Shown: one piece after another, positions 38,333-48,256 of the stretch
How the letters are laid out: each line of letters opens with the position of its first letter
How positions within the stretch are numbered: position 1 is the stretch's first letter
NCBI GenBank assembly: GCA_036655755.1
Contig: JAVVPN010000004.1
Location: forward strand, 5,143-69,142
Origin: Bacteroidales bacterium
Lineage (GTDB): Bacteria > Bacteroidota > Bacteroidia > Bacteroidales > JAUNSR01
Length of the DNA: 64,000 bases
Reading direction: 5' to 3'
Translations under genes and position numbers: made by a program
Notes under the pieces: generated by a model
Seen by the model: the letters and a program-made list of their open reading frames with translations, nothing else
Databases searched by the model: none
Told to the model about the DNA's origin: nothing

Positions 38333-39022
38333 TCATGAGTTTAACAGGTTCAACGCTTCGGTAAGAGGAAATAAAATCTTATTACGGATGCGGTTATGCT
38401 GATTGATATCCTTTTCCAGATTACAAATCGCAATCAATACGGCGTAACACAAGTTTTCATCATATTCGCCCGAAAGATGTTTGATCATGATGCGTTTGAT
38501 ATCGCATAGTTTCTCTTCCAATACATCAGTTTCTTCCACCTTGGCATTCAGGTAAAGTTCTTCCGATTTGAATCGTTCCGACAAATTGCGTAATGCCGGG
38601 AACACCTGTTGATTATCTTTTTCAATCCGGGCCATTAGCTCCTGTTTGAAAAGGGTAAAGAATTTGCGTAATACCTGCAGATTGCCATTTTCGGGATCGC
38701 TTCGTTCGATGAATGAATTTAGGTGGCGCTCGATATTGGGTAACAAAAAACGCTCGTAAGATCGGTTCGTCTTTGTAAGATAATCGATGATCTGAGTCGC
38801 GCAGAACGACCGGAATTTATTTTCCGGAAAGTAAGACGCATGTATAAATGTATTCAGAATAGCGACGAAAAAATCGGTGTCCAGTTTTTTCTCTTCACAA
38901 ATACCCTGAATCGTTTTATCGCCCAGTCCCAGATGAATTCCAAAACGGTTAATAACGGGGATCAGGTTAGGATCGTGAAAAATCACGTCGCTTAATTTCA
39001 TTTCTGCATGAATGAATGCCAT
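38333..39022 (-). CDS. RIC/ScdA(YtfE)-like protein with degenerate metal site
   Basis: The 229-aa protein has an ScdA_N/DUF1858-like N-terminus (LSDVIF..P.LIPVINRFGIHLGLGDKT). Its C-terminal helices align from memory to YtfE (IIDYL, QELMARIEKDNQQVFP, DINQHNRIRNKILFP). Confidence 0.5.
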   Translation of the reverse strand: MAFIHAEMKLSDVIFHDPNLIPVINRFGIHLGLGDKTIQGICEEKKLDTDFFVAILNTFIHASYFPENKFRSFCATQIIDYLTKTNRSYERFLLPNIERHLNSFIERSDPENGNLQVLRKFFTLFKQELMARIEKDNQQVFPALRNLSERFKSEELYLNAKVEETDVLEEKLCDIKRIMIKHLSGEYDENLCYAVLIAICNLEKDINQHNRIRNKILFPLTEALNLLNS

Positions 39023-39023
39023 A

Positions 39024-39602
39024 TTAAAAGGCTTTAAGATGATAGATAAATTCTTGTTCAGTAAGTATGCCGTCTAATACACAGTCGAATGGTTCGGTAG
39101 GGATGCGGTCGAAAATCTGCCAGGCAAAAGCGAGTCCTATTTTAGGTGCGCCTATTTTAGGCAATAACCGGTCATAATATCCTTTCCCCCTGCCTAATCG
39201 GTTTCCGGCTCTGTCAAAACCCATGCCGGGAATAATGACCAGATCTATTTTTCCGGACTCTTCGAAAAGCTCGCCCGTCGGTTCCATGATACCAAAGCCA
39301 CCGGCTTGTAATTTCTCGGGTTCGTAAGAGCGCAATAATAAATAGTCGTTTTCCACGACCGGCAATATAAACTGTTTGCGGGGATGCCATTTCTCTAAAA
39401 AACGAGCTGTTTGCACCTCGTCGGGCAGTGCATGATAAAACAGGAGGCACGAGGCCTCCTGAAATAATGGGTTTTGTTCCAGCCTGGAAAGTATCTCTTC
39501 CGAAATACGCTCTTTCCAGTGGGTATCGTATTGTTTTTTCTTTTCGCGGATCAATTGCCGAAGTTGTTGTTTTTCGGCCTGAACCTTATTTAGATTCTCC
39601 AT
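39024..39602 (-). CDS. 5-formyltetrahydrofolate cyclo-ligase
   Basis: The 192-aa protein shows GGFGIMEP and DLVIIPGMGFDRAGNRLGRGKGYYDR. Confidence 0.8.
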   Translation of the reverse strand: MENLNKVQAEKQQLRQLIREKKKQYDTHWKERISEEILSRLEQNPLFQEASCLLFYHALPDEVQTARFLEKWHPRKQFILPVVENDYLLLRSYEPEKLQAGGFGIMEPTGELFEESGKIDLVIIPGMGFDRAGNRLGRGKGYYDRLLPKIGAPKIGLAFAWQIFDRIPTEPFDCVLDGILTEQEFIYHLKAF

Positions 39603-41229
39603 CGCCTGAATTGTTTTCAGGAAACGCTTTCCCTTTTTTCAACAAATCAATGGCAGTATTCAGCGTATTGTCATCGCGTAAGAAAGTGCGATAGAATGCC
39701 TCTTCGCCCATGATGTTACGAGCGATATACGCTTCGAGCTGGCGTAGGATGATTGCTTTTGAAATATTGATATATACCGGACGACGACGTACGCCCTTAC
39801 TGTCGGCAAAAGCTACAAACTCTTCTAGCAAAGGTTGTGCTTGTAGGTAGCCGATCAGTTTGTCATAAGTAGTATATTTTAAAAGCTGATCGCGATGTTC
39901 GTCCGAGTAGCGGAATGCGAACTGATATAAAAGTCCTGAGTTGATAATGCTGTTAAGGTAAGAGGTTACCCCGGTCGTATCGCTCGGAACAAAGATATCC
40001 GGCATGATTCCCCCGCCTCCGTAAACGGTGCGTCCCAATCGGGTTTTATATTTTAATGAATCATTCAGGTGAATACTGTCTTTTGAATAGAATTCGCCAT
40101 GTGAGTAGCGGTTCAGGATATCCATTCCGTAATCTTCATTTTTGCCCAGTTTATAATCCTTCTGAATGCTACGTCCGGCCGGAGTATAGTAGCGGGCGAT
40201 GGTCAGACGCAATGCTGATCCGTCATTAAACGGAATCTGCTGCTGTACCAATCCCTTGCCAAATGAGCGGCGTCCTACAATCGTACCCCGGTCGTTATCC
40301 TGGATTGCACCGGCGAAGATTTCACTTGCCGAAGCCGACCATTCATCAATAAGAACAACTACGGGAGCATTCTGGAACGCTCCTGTTCCGTTTGAAAATG
40401 CTTCATTGCGCGGTATTGTATTCCCTTCTGTATATACGATCAACTGATCTTTCGGTAAAAACTCGTTCACCATATTGATCGCCATATCCATGTAACCGCC
40501 CGAGTTGCCCCGAAGGTCGATCACATACTCTTTTGCACCCTCTTTATTTAATTTTGCAAGTGCGTTTACAAATTCATTGTATGTAGTACGCCCGAATTTA
40601 CTAATCTTGATGTATCCGGTCTTATCGTTCAGCTTGTATGAAGCATCCACACTGGTTACCGGGATGTCGCCGCGTGTAATGTCGAATGAAAGAATCTCTT
40701 TAGCAGTACTTCGTTTTACACCCACTTTTACCAATGAGTTTTTTGGCCCGCGCAACGTTTTCATAACCCGTTCGTTGGTTACGTCTTTCCCCGTAAAAGT
40801 AGAATCGTTGATCTGTACGATGCGGTCGCCCGCCATCAATCCGATTTTTTCAGACGGACCGCCCGGTACTACGCTGATCACCATTACCGTATCGTTCTGG
40901 ATATTGAATGATACGCCGATTCCGCTGAAACTACCCTCCAGCTCCTCGTTGGTCGCCTCCAGGTCTTTCGCCGGGATATATACAGAGTGCGGATCAAGCT
41001 CATTGACAATGGTAGGAATGGCATCTTCTACCAACCGGTCCATATTTACGGAATCCACATATTGATTCTGAATGGTATTAAGCAGCATATCGATCTTGCC
41101 GGTCTGCTTTCTTTGCAAGGCCATGCCGATCGGGTCCTGGCTCACCATTTTTCCGATGTAAATTCCTAAAATAATTGCCAATGCCAGTAAAAGCGGCATC
41201 CACACAAATTTTCCTTTATTACTGCTCAT
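39586..41229 (-). CDS. S41-family carboxy-terminal processing peptidase
   Basis: The protein has an N-terminal transmembrane helix, a PDZ domain (GDRIVQIND), and S41 motifs (RGNSGGY, SASASEIFAGA, GKGLVQ). Confidence 0.9.
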   Translation of the reverse strand: MSSNKGKFVWMPLLLALAIILGIYIGKMVSQDPIGMALQRKQTGKIDMLLNTIQNQYVDSVNMDRLVEDAIPTIVNELDPHSVYIPAKDLEATNEELEGSFSGIGVSFNIQNDTVMVISVVPGGPSEKIGLMAGDRIVQINDSTFTGKDVTNERVMKTLRGPKNSLVKVGVKRSTAKEILSFDITRGDIPVTSVDASYKLNDKTGYIKISKFGRTTYNEFVNALAKLNKEGAKEYVIDLRGNSGGYMDMAINMVNEFLPKDQLIVYTEGNTIPRNEAFSNGTGAFQNAPVVVLIDEWSASASEIFAGAIQDNDRGTIVGRRSFGKGLVQQQIPFNDGSALRLTIARYYTPAGRSIQKDYKLGKNEDYGMDILNRYSHGEFYSKDSIHLNDSLKYKTRLGRTVYGGGGIMPDIFVPSDTTGVTSYLNSIINSGLLYQFAFRYSDEHRDQLLKYTTYDKLIGYLQAQPLLEEFVAFADSKGVRRRPVYINISKAIILRQLEAYIARNIMGEEAFYRTFLRDDNTLNTAIDLLKKGKAFPENNSGDGESK

Positions 41230-41235
41230 GATATT

Positions 41236-41676
41236 TTATTCGTTAATTTCGATAAATTGAACTTCAATTCCGGCGCGGTGTAATAATTGCAAGCCGTCGT
41301 CCAAACGGTAACTGTCACCGTAAACCACTCTGCGGATTCCGGATTGAATAATCAGTTTGGCACATTCTATACAAGGAGAAGAGGTTACATACATGGTAGC
41401 CCCCTCACTGCTGTTATTTGATTTTGCCACTTTGGTAATGGCATTTGCTTCTGCATGCAATACATACGGATAGGTACGGTCATTCTCGTCCTCACACTGG
41501 TTTTCAAACCCTGCAGGCGTACCGTTATATCCGTCCGAAATAATCATTTTGTCTTTTACAAGCAATGCTCCCACCTGCCGGCGTTTACAATATGAATTTT
41601 CGGCCCAGATGAGCGCCATGCGCATATATCTTTTATCTAATTCTAGTTGTTTATCCATATATCTGATTTTATCCAT
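41236..41676 (-). CDS. dCMP deaminase (ComEB-type zinc deaminase)
   Basis: The protein shows HAEANAI and PCIECAKLI zinc motifs. Confidence 0.85.
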   Translation of the reverse strand: MDKIRYMDKQLELDKRYMRMALIWAENSYCKRRQVGALLVKDKMIISDGYNGTPAGFENQCEDENDRTYPYVLHAEANAITKVAKSNNSSEGATMYVTSSPCIECAKLIIQSGIRRVVYGDSYRLDDGLQLLHRAGIEVQFIEINE

Positions 41677-42688
41677 GAATAAGTAAAGTGTAAATATAAA
41701 AAATATAAATCAGAACAAATAAAATTCCACCCCATCTTCCAAGACGGCCGCCCATGAATAATGCTTTCAGTTTTATCCGGAGCGGCTCACCATATAAAGA
41801 AAAGGCCTCCCGGACCGGTAAAAGAAGGAAGATAAGCAGTAAGGAGATACCGCACATCCAGATGAAGTCGGGTCGGAAATTTGTCCAATCCACCGGAATT
41901 GGCCGGATTGCGGCTGTCAGACCAATAACAGAGAGTATGTTGAAAAGGTTTGATCCAATGATATTCCCAATGGCAATGTCTGTTTGTTTTTTAAATGCGG
42001 CCGACAAGGAGGCGGCCAGTTCTGGCAGGCTCGTACCGAACGCAACGATTGTTACCCCGATTACGCGCTCGCTGATGCCGTATGATTGGGCGATAGAGGA
42101 AGCTCCCTCAATTAGAAAATCAGCTCCGTATGCAAGCCCGACGCATGATCCGGCTATAAACAGGAGTGATAGCCAGATAGGAATAGGTTTAACAACAACC
42201 TCTTCCTCTTCATGGATATGATTTTTGCGCGAATACCAAATCTGCCATATCGTATATCCGATAAGCGCGATTGCCCCAATGATGCCTTCGATTCGTGTGA
42301 TGATACTTCCCGCCGCAGCCCATGTAAAAAGTAACGTCGCTATCATCATGACGGGCCAGTCGAATCGCAAAGAATTCTTCGCCACTTTTAATGGATACAC
42401 CAATGCGGTCATTCCTAAAATCAATGCGATGTTGGCGATGTTCGATCCTACCACATTGCCGATCGCTATTTCCGAATTGCCCTTGATGGCAGCTTGAAGG
42501 CTCACCAAAAACTCCGGTGCCGAAGTACCGAATGCAATTACTGTCATTCCGATTACCAATGGAGATACTTTCAAACGGGTAGCTATCGCTACGCCGCCTC
42601 TCACCAGATAATCGCCACTCAAAATAAGAAGGATCAAGCCTCCCACTAATTTAATATAATCCACAGCTACATTTATTTTTCCATACAA
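41669..42688 (-). CDS. CaCA-family calcium/sodium antiporter (YrbG-like)
   Basis: Two alpha-repeats are present, GTSAPEF...GNVVGSNI and GTSLPEL...GNIIGSNLFN. The protein is polytopic. Confidence 0.85.
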   Translation of the reverse strand: MYGKINVAVDYIKLVGGLILLILSGDYLVRGGVAIATRLKVSPLVIGMTVIAFGTSAPEFLVSLQAAIKGNSEIAIGNVVGSNIANIALILGMTALVYPLKVAKNSLRFDWPVMMIATLLFTWAAAGSIITRIEGIIGAIALIGYTIWQIWYSRKNHIHEEEEVVVKPIPIWLSLLFIAGSCVGLAYGADFLIEGASSIAQSYGISERVIGVTIVAFGTSLPELAASLSAAFKKQTDIAIGNIIGSNLFNILSVIGLTAAIRPIPVDWTNFRPDFIWMCGISLLLIFLLLPVREAFSLYGEPLRIKLKALFMGGRLGRWGGILFVLIYIFYIYTLLIHG

Positions 42689-42803
42689 AAGTAGAAAATT
42701 TAAAACGTCTTCTTTTGTATATCATGGTGATTTTTCCCTTTAGTTTTGATTCGGCTATCCGACGAATTTGACGTATTTGTAAAACAGCATTGCGCTTTTG
42801 CAC

Positions 42804-42811
42804 TACTTTTG
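42804..42811 (+). promoter_or_regulatory. -7 box TACTTTTG upstream of the Crp/Fnr gene
   Basis: This is an exact TAnnTTTG match 29 nt upstream of the ATG at 42841. Confidence 0.45.
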
Positions 42812-42840
42812 TTTTTTAAAGAAACAGAGGAGTATCAGAT

Positions 42841-43407
42841 ATGGACGATTTTATCAAGATTATACGAAATGTATATCCTTTATCCGACCGGGCGCTTCAA
42901 TTATTGCTTTTAAAAAGCGAGCGGGTGGTTTTTCCGAAAAATCATCTGTTAATCCGTTCGGGCGTTATCGAGCATTATGCGTATTTTATAATAAAGGGAA
43001 TGGCAAGGGGGTATTTCTATAAAGAGGGACGCGATGTAACTTTGTGGTTCGCCACTACGGGCATGTCGCTATTATCTATGAATGCCTATCTGTTTCAATC
43101 GGCCGGTTATGAGAATATAGAGTTGCTTGAAGCGTGTGAGCTGTTGAAAATACCGCAGGCCACGTTAAACGAACTGTTCGAAACGGATATTGAACTGGCA
43201 AACTGGGGGCGCAGAATGTCGGACTACTTTATTCTGCATCTGGAGCAAATTTTTATGGAGCGCAGTTTTATGCCGGCTGCCCAGCGTTATCATCAGTTGG
43301 TGGCGCAGCAACCGGAAATACTGCAGAAAGTGCCATTAGGTCATATCGCATCTTATCTGGGAATTTCGCAGGTTTCACTGAGCCGTATTCGCGCGGGCAT
43401 CCAATAA
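42841..43407 (+). CDS. Crp/Fnr-family transcriptional regulator
   Basis: The 188-aa protein has a cNMP-binding beta-roll (LIRSGVIEHYAYFIIKGMARGYF) and a C-terminal HTH (HIASYLGISQVSLSRIR). Confidence 0.8.
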   Translation: MDDFIKIIRNVYPLSDRALQLLLLKSERVVFPKNHLLIRSGVIEHYAYFIIKGMARGYFYKEGRDVTLWFATTGMSLLSMNAYLFQSAGYENIELLEACELLKIPQATLNELFETDIELANWGRRMSDYFILHLEQIFMERSFMPAAQRYHQLVAQQPEILQKVPLGHIASYLGISQVSLSRIRAGIQ

Positions 43408-43497
43408 TCTTATTTTTTTACATATGTAAAAGGGTTTCTTTTCTTCTTTTCCGAATTTTACGGCCCGAAATAAAATCGTAATAGAGAACTCAAGAAA

Positions 43498-44427
43498 ATG
43501 AAACAATTCAAAGGCCTGTTTTTCGCAATCATTTCATCTGCTACTTTTGGGATGATACCTTTATTCGCGTTGCCTGCTCTTAAGGCGGGGGTAAATCTCG
43601 AATCAGTATTATTTTATCGTTTTGCCATCTCGGCTGTGGCTATTGGTATGCTCCTTGCACTACGGGGGACCTCGTTTCATATCACATTGAAAGAGGGTGT
43701 AACTTTGTTCGGATTAGGTGTTTTGTATGCCTTGACGGCTCTTTTTCTTACCGGCTCTTATTTGTATGTACCCAGCGGGATAGCTACCACCCTTCATTTT
43801 TTATATCCGGTAGTAGTAACCATGATTATGATTTTATTTTTCAGACATAAGGTTTCACGGCCATTACTCTTTGCGGCATTACTAGCTATAAGTGGAGTGT
43901 ATCTGCTTTGCAGTACCCAAAGCGGAGGTTCTATCAGTTTGCGGGGTATCGGGATGGTGTTGATTACGGTAATAACATATGCTTTGTATATTGTGGGGAT
44001 AAACAAATCATGTGTGCGCGAAATGGATGGATTAAAAATGACGTTTTTTGTGCTGTTGTCTTCTACCATGGTTTTTGTCGCGAACTTATTTATACATGGA
44101 AGCGGATTGTCGGCGATTCCGGATATCCCGACCGGTATTAATCTATTTATGTTAGCCCTGATACCTACCCTCGTATCCGATCTGACTCTTATCCTGGCTA
44201 TTCAGCAAATCGGGTCAACCACTACGGCTATTCTCGGCTGTATGGAACCGCTGACCGCCGTTCTGTTGGGTATTTTATTTCTAAATGAATCATTCGGCGT
44301 GTTTCAGCTGGCAGGGGTATTGATTATCCTTCTTGCCGTTTTTATTGTTATAATAGACAGCAACCAAGATCAGTTTGCCGGAAAAAGCAAATGGATTACT
44401 TTTTTATTCGCACGCAATCGTGCCTGA
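43498..44427 (+). CDS. EamA/DMT-superfamily transporter
   Basis: The 309-aa protein has about 10 transmembrane helices and duplicated EamA halves. Confidence 0.8.
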   Translation: MKQFKGLFFAIISSATFGMIPLFALPALKAGVNLESVLFYRFAISAVAIGMLLALRGTSFHITLKEGVTLFGLGVLYALTALFLTGSYLYVPSGIATTLHFLYPVVVTMIMILFFRHKVSRPLLFAALLAISGVYLLCSTQSGGSISLRGIGMVLITVITYALYIVGINKSCVREMDGLKMTFFVLLSSTMVFVANLFIHGSGLSAIPDIPTGINLFMLALIPTLVSDLTLILAIQQIGSTTTAILGCMEPLTAVLLGILFLNESFGVFQLAGVLIILLAVFIVIIDSNQDQFAGKSKWITFLFARNRA

Positions 44428-44465
44428 TATCATAAACAGAACAGAAAACTTAATAGATTAAGAAT

Positions 44466-44999
44466 ATGATTGAAATAAGAAGAATTACACAGTCAGACGA
44501 TCAGACTCTGACCCCTTTGATTGCGCTATACGAGGCATCTTTCCCGGAAGAGGAGCGCAGAGAACTTTCGCAATTGAAAAAATTAATCGATTCGGCAGGG
44601 CAAATGTTCCTCAACGCGGTGTTTTTTGAAGATCAAATTGCGGGATTATTTATTTACTGGAAAATGGACGGGTTTTATTATCTCGAACATCTTGCAGTAC
44701 AGCCTGAACTGCGCAATCAAAAACTTGGCGCACGTATTCTGGCATGGGCCGACCAAAATCTGCAAGGACTGCGTCTGCTCGAAGTAGAGCCGGATACAAC
44801 CGAGATGGCCGCGCGCAGAATCGGTTATTATAAGCGCAACGGGTATGATATACTCACCAAAGATTATGTGCAACCCTCTTATCGCACGGACGAAGATGCC
44901 TGCGAATTGTGGATTATGGGAAATACAGACTCGGCCGATTTAGACAATTATATTTGTCAAATAAAAGAACATGCGTATCGAAGACCACAGTGCTTGTAA
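44466..44999 (+). CDS. GNAT-family N-acetyltransferase
   Basis: The protein shows the acetyl-CoA motif VQPELRNQKLGARIL. Confidence 0.8.
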   Translation: MIEIRRITQSDDQTLTPLIALYEASFPEEERRELSQLKKLIDSAGQMFLNAVFFEDQIAGLFIYWKMDGFYYLEHLAVQPELRNQKLGARILAWADQNLQGLRLLEVEPDTTEMAARRIGYYKRNGYDILTKDYVQPSYRTDEDACELWIMGNTDSADLDNYICQIKEHAYRRPQCL

Positions 45000-45034
45000 A
45001 TAGTTTGGTGGGGGATGCTTTTAGATCATTTACC

Positions 45035-45077
45035 AAAGCCCAATCCGTTTTCGGATTGGGCTTTTTCTTTTTTTTCT
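45035..45077 (+). terminator. Intrinsic terminator after the GNAT gene
   Basis: AAAGCCCAATCCG-TTT-TCGGATTGGGCTTT is followed by a long T-run. Confidence 0.8.
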
Positions 45078-45251
45078 AAAAAAAGTCACGATATGAATGA
45101 GTAATAAGGAGTAGATAGTTGTTACATAATAAGAATAATAATTAATTAAATAAAAATGAGTAATTCTTATGATATTTGAATTTTTATAAATAGTTTTAAA
45201 TAACTAATCCGCTAAAAGCGATTACAGTAACCCTTAATTACTTTATTTATT

Positions 45252-48251
45252 ATGAAAAACAAACATTGGTTTATGACCTTATTCCTTATCGGAATGAATG
45301 TCTGTCTGGTATTTGGCCAATCCCGCACAATAACAGGGATTGTAACAGATACAGATAATCAAACACCCCTAACGGGTGCAAGTGTTGTGCGCCAGGGATC
45401 GTCTACCGGGACGATTACAGATGTGGATGGAAAATACTCCATTCAGGTAACCTCTCCTTCGGATGTTCTGGTTTTTTCTTTTGTGGGGATGCAGCCTGTA
45501 AAGGTGACTGTTGGGGATAAAAGTGTTATTAATGTAAATATGGTAGGCGACGCTCAGCTTATCAACGAAGTCGTGGTAACGGCAATGGGTATTGAGCGAA
45601 AATCGGAGTCGCTGACCTATGCAAGCCAGAATATGGCCGGGTCTACCATTACTCGCGCCAAAGATCCGAATATGATCAATGCGTTACAGGGTAAAACTTC
45701 CGGTTTGATTATCACTCCGAATGCCAGTGGGGCCGGAGGATCGTCAAAAGTGTTGTTGCGTGGTAACAAGTCGGCACAGGGAAATAACCAGCCTTTGGTA
45801 GTGATTGACGGGGTTCCGATGTCGAATCCGGCAACAACCCAGTTATCCGGCGAGTTTTATGGTCGTGACGGAGGCTCTGCCTTAGCCAACCTGAATCCGG
45901 AAGATATTGCCAGCATCAACGTACTGAAAGGGGCTTCGGCTGCCGCTCTTTATGGAAGCATGGCTGCCAACGGGGTATTGATGATTACAACAAAAAAAGG
46001 GCGAGAAGGCTCAGCTCGCGTTGATTTTTCATCAAGCGTTCAGTTGGAAACGTTATTGGCCGCTCCGAAATTGCAGGATCAATACGGCGCGATTGTAACG
46101 GGCGATCAACTAAGTGCAAAGAGCTGGGGCGATAAGCTGACAGAAAAATCAACCGGTGCCGACCGCATGTCGGAATTTTTCCGCACCGGATCTACTTATA
46201 TCAACTCGGTTGCCGTTAACGGTGGTACTGAGAAAATCAAATCCTACCTCTCTTATGCCAATACTACGGCATTGGGTATCACTCCTACCAATGATTTCTA
46301 CCGCCATAACATGAATCTTCGCGAAACATTCAATCTGTTTGACAATAAACTGCAGATCGATGGTAACCTGAATTATATCGTTCAGAAAGGAATAAATCGT
46401 CCGCACGGAGGGGTTTACTTTAATCCATTGTGCGGTATGTACACTTTCCCGGCCAACGGCGATTTTAAATACTATAAAAAGAATTATGAAGTGTTTGATC
46501 CTGCTCAGAATATGATGGTTCAGAACTGGTATACGCCACTTGACGACTTTACGCAGAATCCTTACTGGGTATTAAACCGCAATAAGAGCATTGAGCGCAG
46601 AAACCGTATGATGGCTTCGGGTTCGGTAAGATGGAATATCACGGATTATCTGAATGTATTGGGCCGTTTGAGCTATGATAAAACGGTGGATAATTTTGAG
46701 CACCGCTTCTATGCTTCGACTACACAAACATTGGTTCCTGCCAATGGCCGTTTCTGGAAAGAAGATTTTGATACTCGTCAATTTTATGGCGACTTCCTGG
46801 TTAACTTTGACAAAACGGTTGGCGATTTTGCATTGAGCGCCAGTGTCGGTACCAGCTTTATGAGCTTTAATGCTTATACTCTGAGAATAGACAGTGATAA
46901 ACTTGGTTTGGTAATTCCAAACTATTTCGTGCCTGAAAACATCAATGGAAATGGCATCCAACGTATGGAAAATCCGCGTAAACGTCTGAATTCAGTATTT
47001 GGAACTGCTCAGATTGGTTTCCGTGAGATGTTATATTTGGATGTAACCGGCCGTAACGACTGGTCATCGACACTTGCTTATACGCATAATGAGTCTTATT
47101 TCTATCCATCGGTAGGTTTATCGGCTTTAGTAAACCGTATGATTACGATGCCAACAGCGATCAATCAGTTGAAACTTCGAGGTTCTTATAGTGTGGTAGG
47201 TAATGACATGCCTGCTTACATTACTTATCCGAAAGACGGATTCAACCTGGGACAGCTCGAAACAAACAATAAAGCGCCATTTACGGAAATGAAACCGGAA
47301 AAGATGCATTCAATGGAATTCGGTTTTGACCTGGCATTGTTTGATAACAGCATCAATATCGACTTTACTTATTATAAAACAAACAATAAGAATCAGTATT
47401 TCCAGATCAGCGCTCCGATGGCGAGCGGTTACGAGCAGTTGTACATCAATACCGGTAACATTCAGAACTCGGGTATCGAATCGACTATCAGCTATACAAA
47501 ATCATTTAATGAAGACTGGAGCTGGAAAACCGATTTCAATATGGCTTACAATGATAATAAGATCAAAGAGCTTGATCCACGTCTGGGTAATTACGTAACG
47601 ATTGGCGAGGGCGCCGGTTTCCGCTTTATTTTGAAAGAGGGTGGATCGTATGGTGACATCTATACACGCGTATTAGAAAGAGAAAACGGTGTAATCAAGG
47701 TTGATGCCAACGGACGTCCGATCGTATCAAGTGATTATGAATATGTAGGTAATGTGAACTCGAAATGGCAACTTGGCTGGGGTAATACGATCAATTATAA
47801 AGATTGGAACTTGTACTTCCTGATTGATGGCCGTATCGGCGGTAAAACAGTTGGTATGACACAGAGTTACCTGGATAGCTGGGGTGTAACCGAATCAACT
47901 GCAAAAGCCCGTAACAAAGGCGGAGTAGATCGTGGTAATGGCGAATTGATTGATGCTCAGGTTTATTATGAAGCTGTTGCCGGTAAAGACAAAGCAGGTA
48001 GCGAATATACGTATGACGCAACCAACTTCCGTTTACGCGAATTGTCAATCGGATATACATTCCGTAACTTGTTGGGTGAATCGAAAGATCTTGGTATCTC
48101 ATTTATCGGTCGCAACTTGTTCTTCTTCCACAAAGACTCACCAAACGATCCGGATCTTTCGATCTCTACAAACAACGGATGGCAGGGATTTGACATTTTC
48201 GGACTTCCGGCTACACGCAGTTTCGGTTTAAGTTTAAGAGCAACCTTCTAA
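45252..48251 (+). CDS. SusC/RagA-family TonB-linked outer-membrane transporter
   Basis: The 999-aa protein has a signal peptide, a CarboxypepD_reg domain (ITGIVTDTDNQTPLTGASV), a plug (NEVVVTAMGI, INVLKGASAAALYGS), and a C-terminal RSFGLSLRATF. Confidence 0.9.
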   Translation: MKNKHWFMTLFLIGMNVCLVFGQSRTITGIVTDTDNQTPLTGASVVRQGSSTGTITDVDGKYSIQVTSPSDVLVFSFVGMQPVKVTVGDKSVINVNMVGDAQLINEVVVTAMGIERKSESLTYASQNMAGSTITRAKDPNMINALQGKTSGLIITPNASGAGGSSKVLLRGNKSAQGNNQPLVVIDGVPMSNPATTQLSGEFYGRDGGSALANLNPEDIASINVLKGASAAALYGSMAANGVLMITTKKGREGSARVDFSSSVQLETLLAAPKLQDQYGAIVTGDQLSAKSWGDKLTEKSTGADRMSEFFRTGSTYINSVAVNGGTEKIKSYLSYANTTALGITPTNDFYRHNMNLRETFNLFDNKLQIDGNLNYIVQKGINRPHGGVYFNPLCGMYTFPANGDFKYYKKNYEVFDPAQNMMVQNWYTPLDDFTQNPYWVLNRNKSIERRNRMMASGSVRWNITDYLNVLGRLSYDKTVDNFEHRFYASTTQTLVPANGRFWKEDFDTRQFYGDFLVNFDKTVGDFALSASVGTSFMSFNAYTLRIDSDKLGLVIPNYFVPENINGNGIQRMENPRKRLNSVFGTAQIGFREMLYLDVTGRNDWSSTLAYTHNESYFYPSVGLSALVNRMITMPTAINQLKLRGSYSVVGNDMPAYITYPKDGFNLGQLETNNKAPFTEMKPEKMHSMEFGFDLALFDNSINIDFTYYKTNNKNQYFQISAPMASGYEQLYINTGNIQNSGIESTISYTKSFNEDWSWKTDFNMAYNDNKIKELDPRLGNYVTIGEGAGFRFILKEGGSYGDIYTRVLERENGVIKVDANGRPIVSSDYEYVGNVNSKWQLGWGNTINYKDWNLYFLIDGRIGGKTVGMTQSYLDSWGVTESTAKARNKGGVDRGNGELIDAQVYYEAVAGKDKAGSEYTYDATNFRLRELSIGYTFRNLLGESKDLGISFIGRNLFFFHKDSPNDPDLSISTNNGWQGFDIFGLPATRSFGLSLRATF

Positions 48252-48256
48252 TTTGA

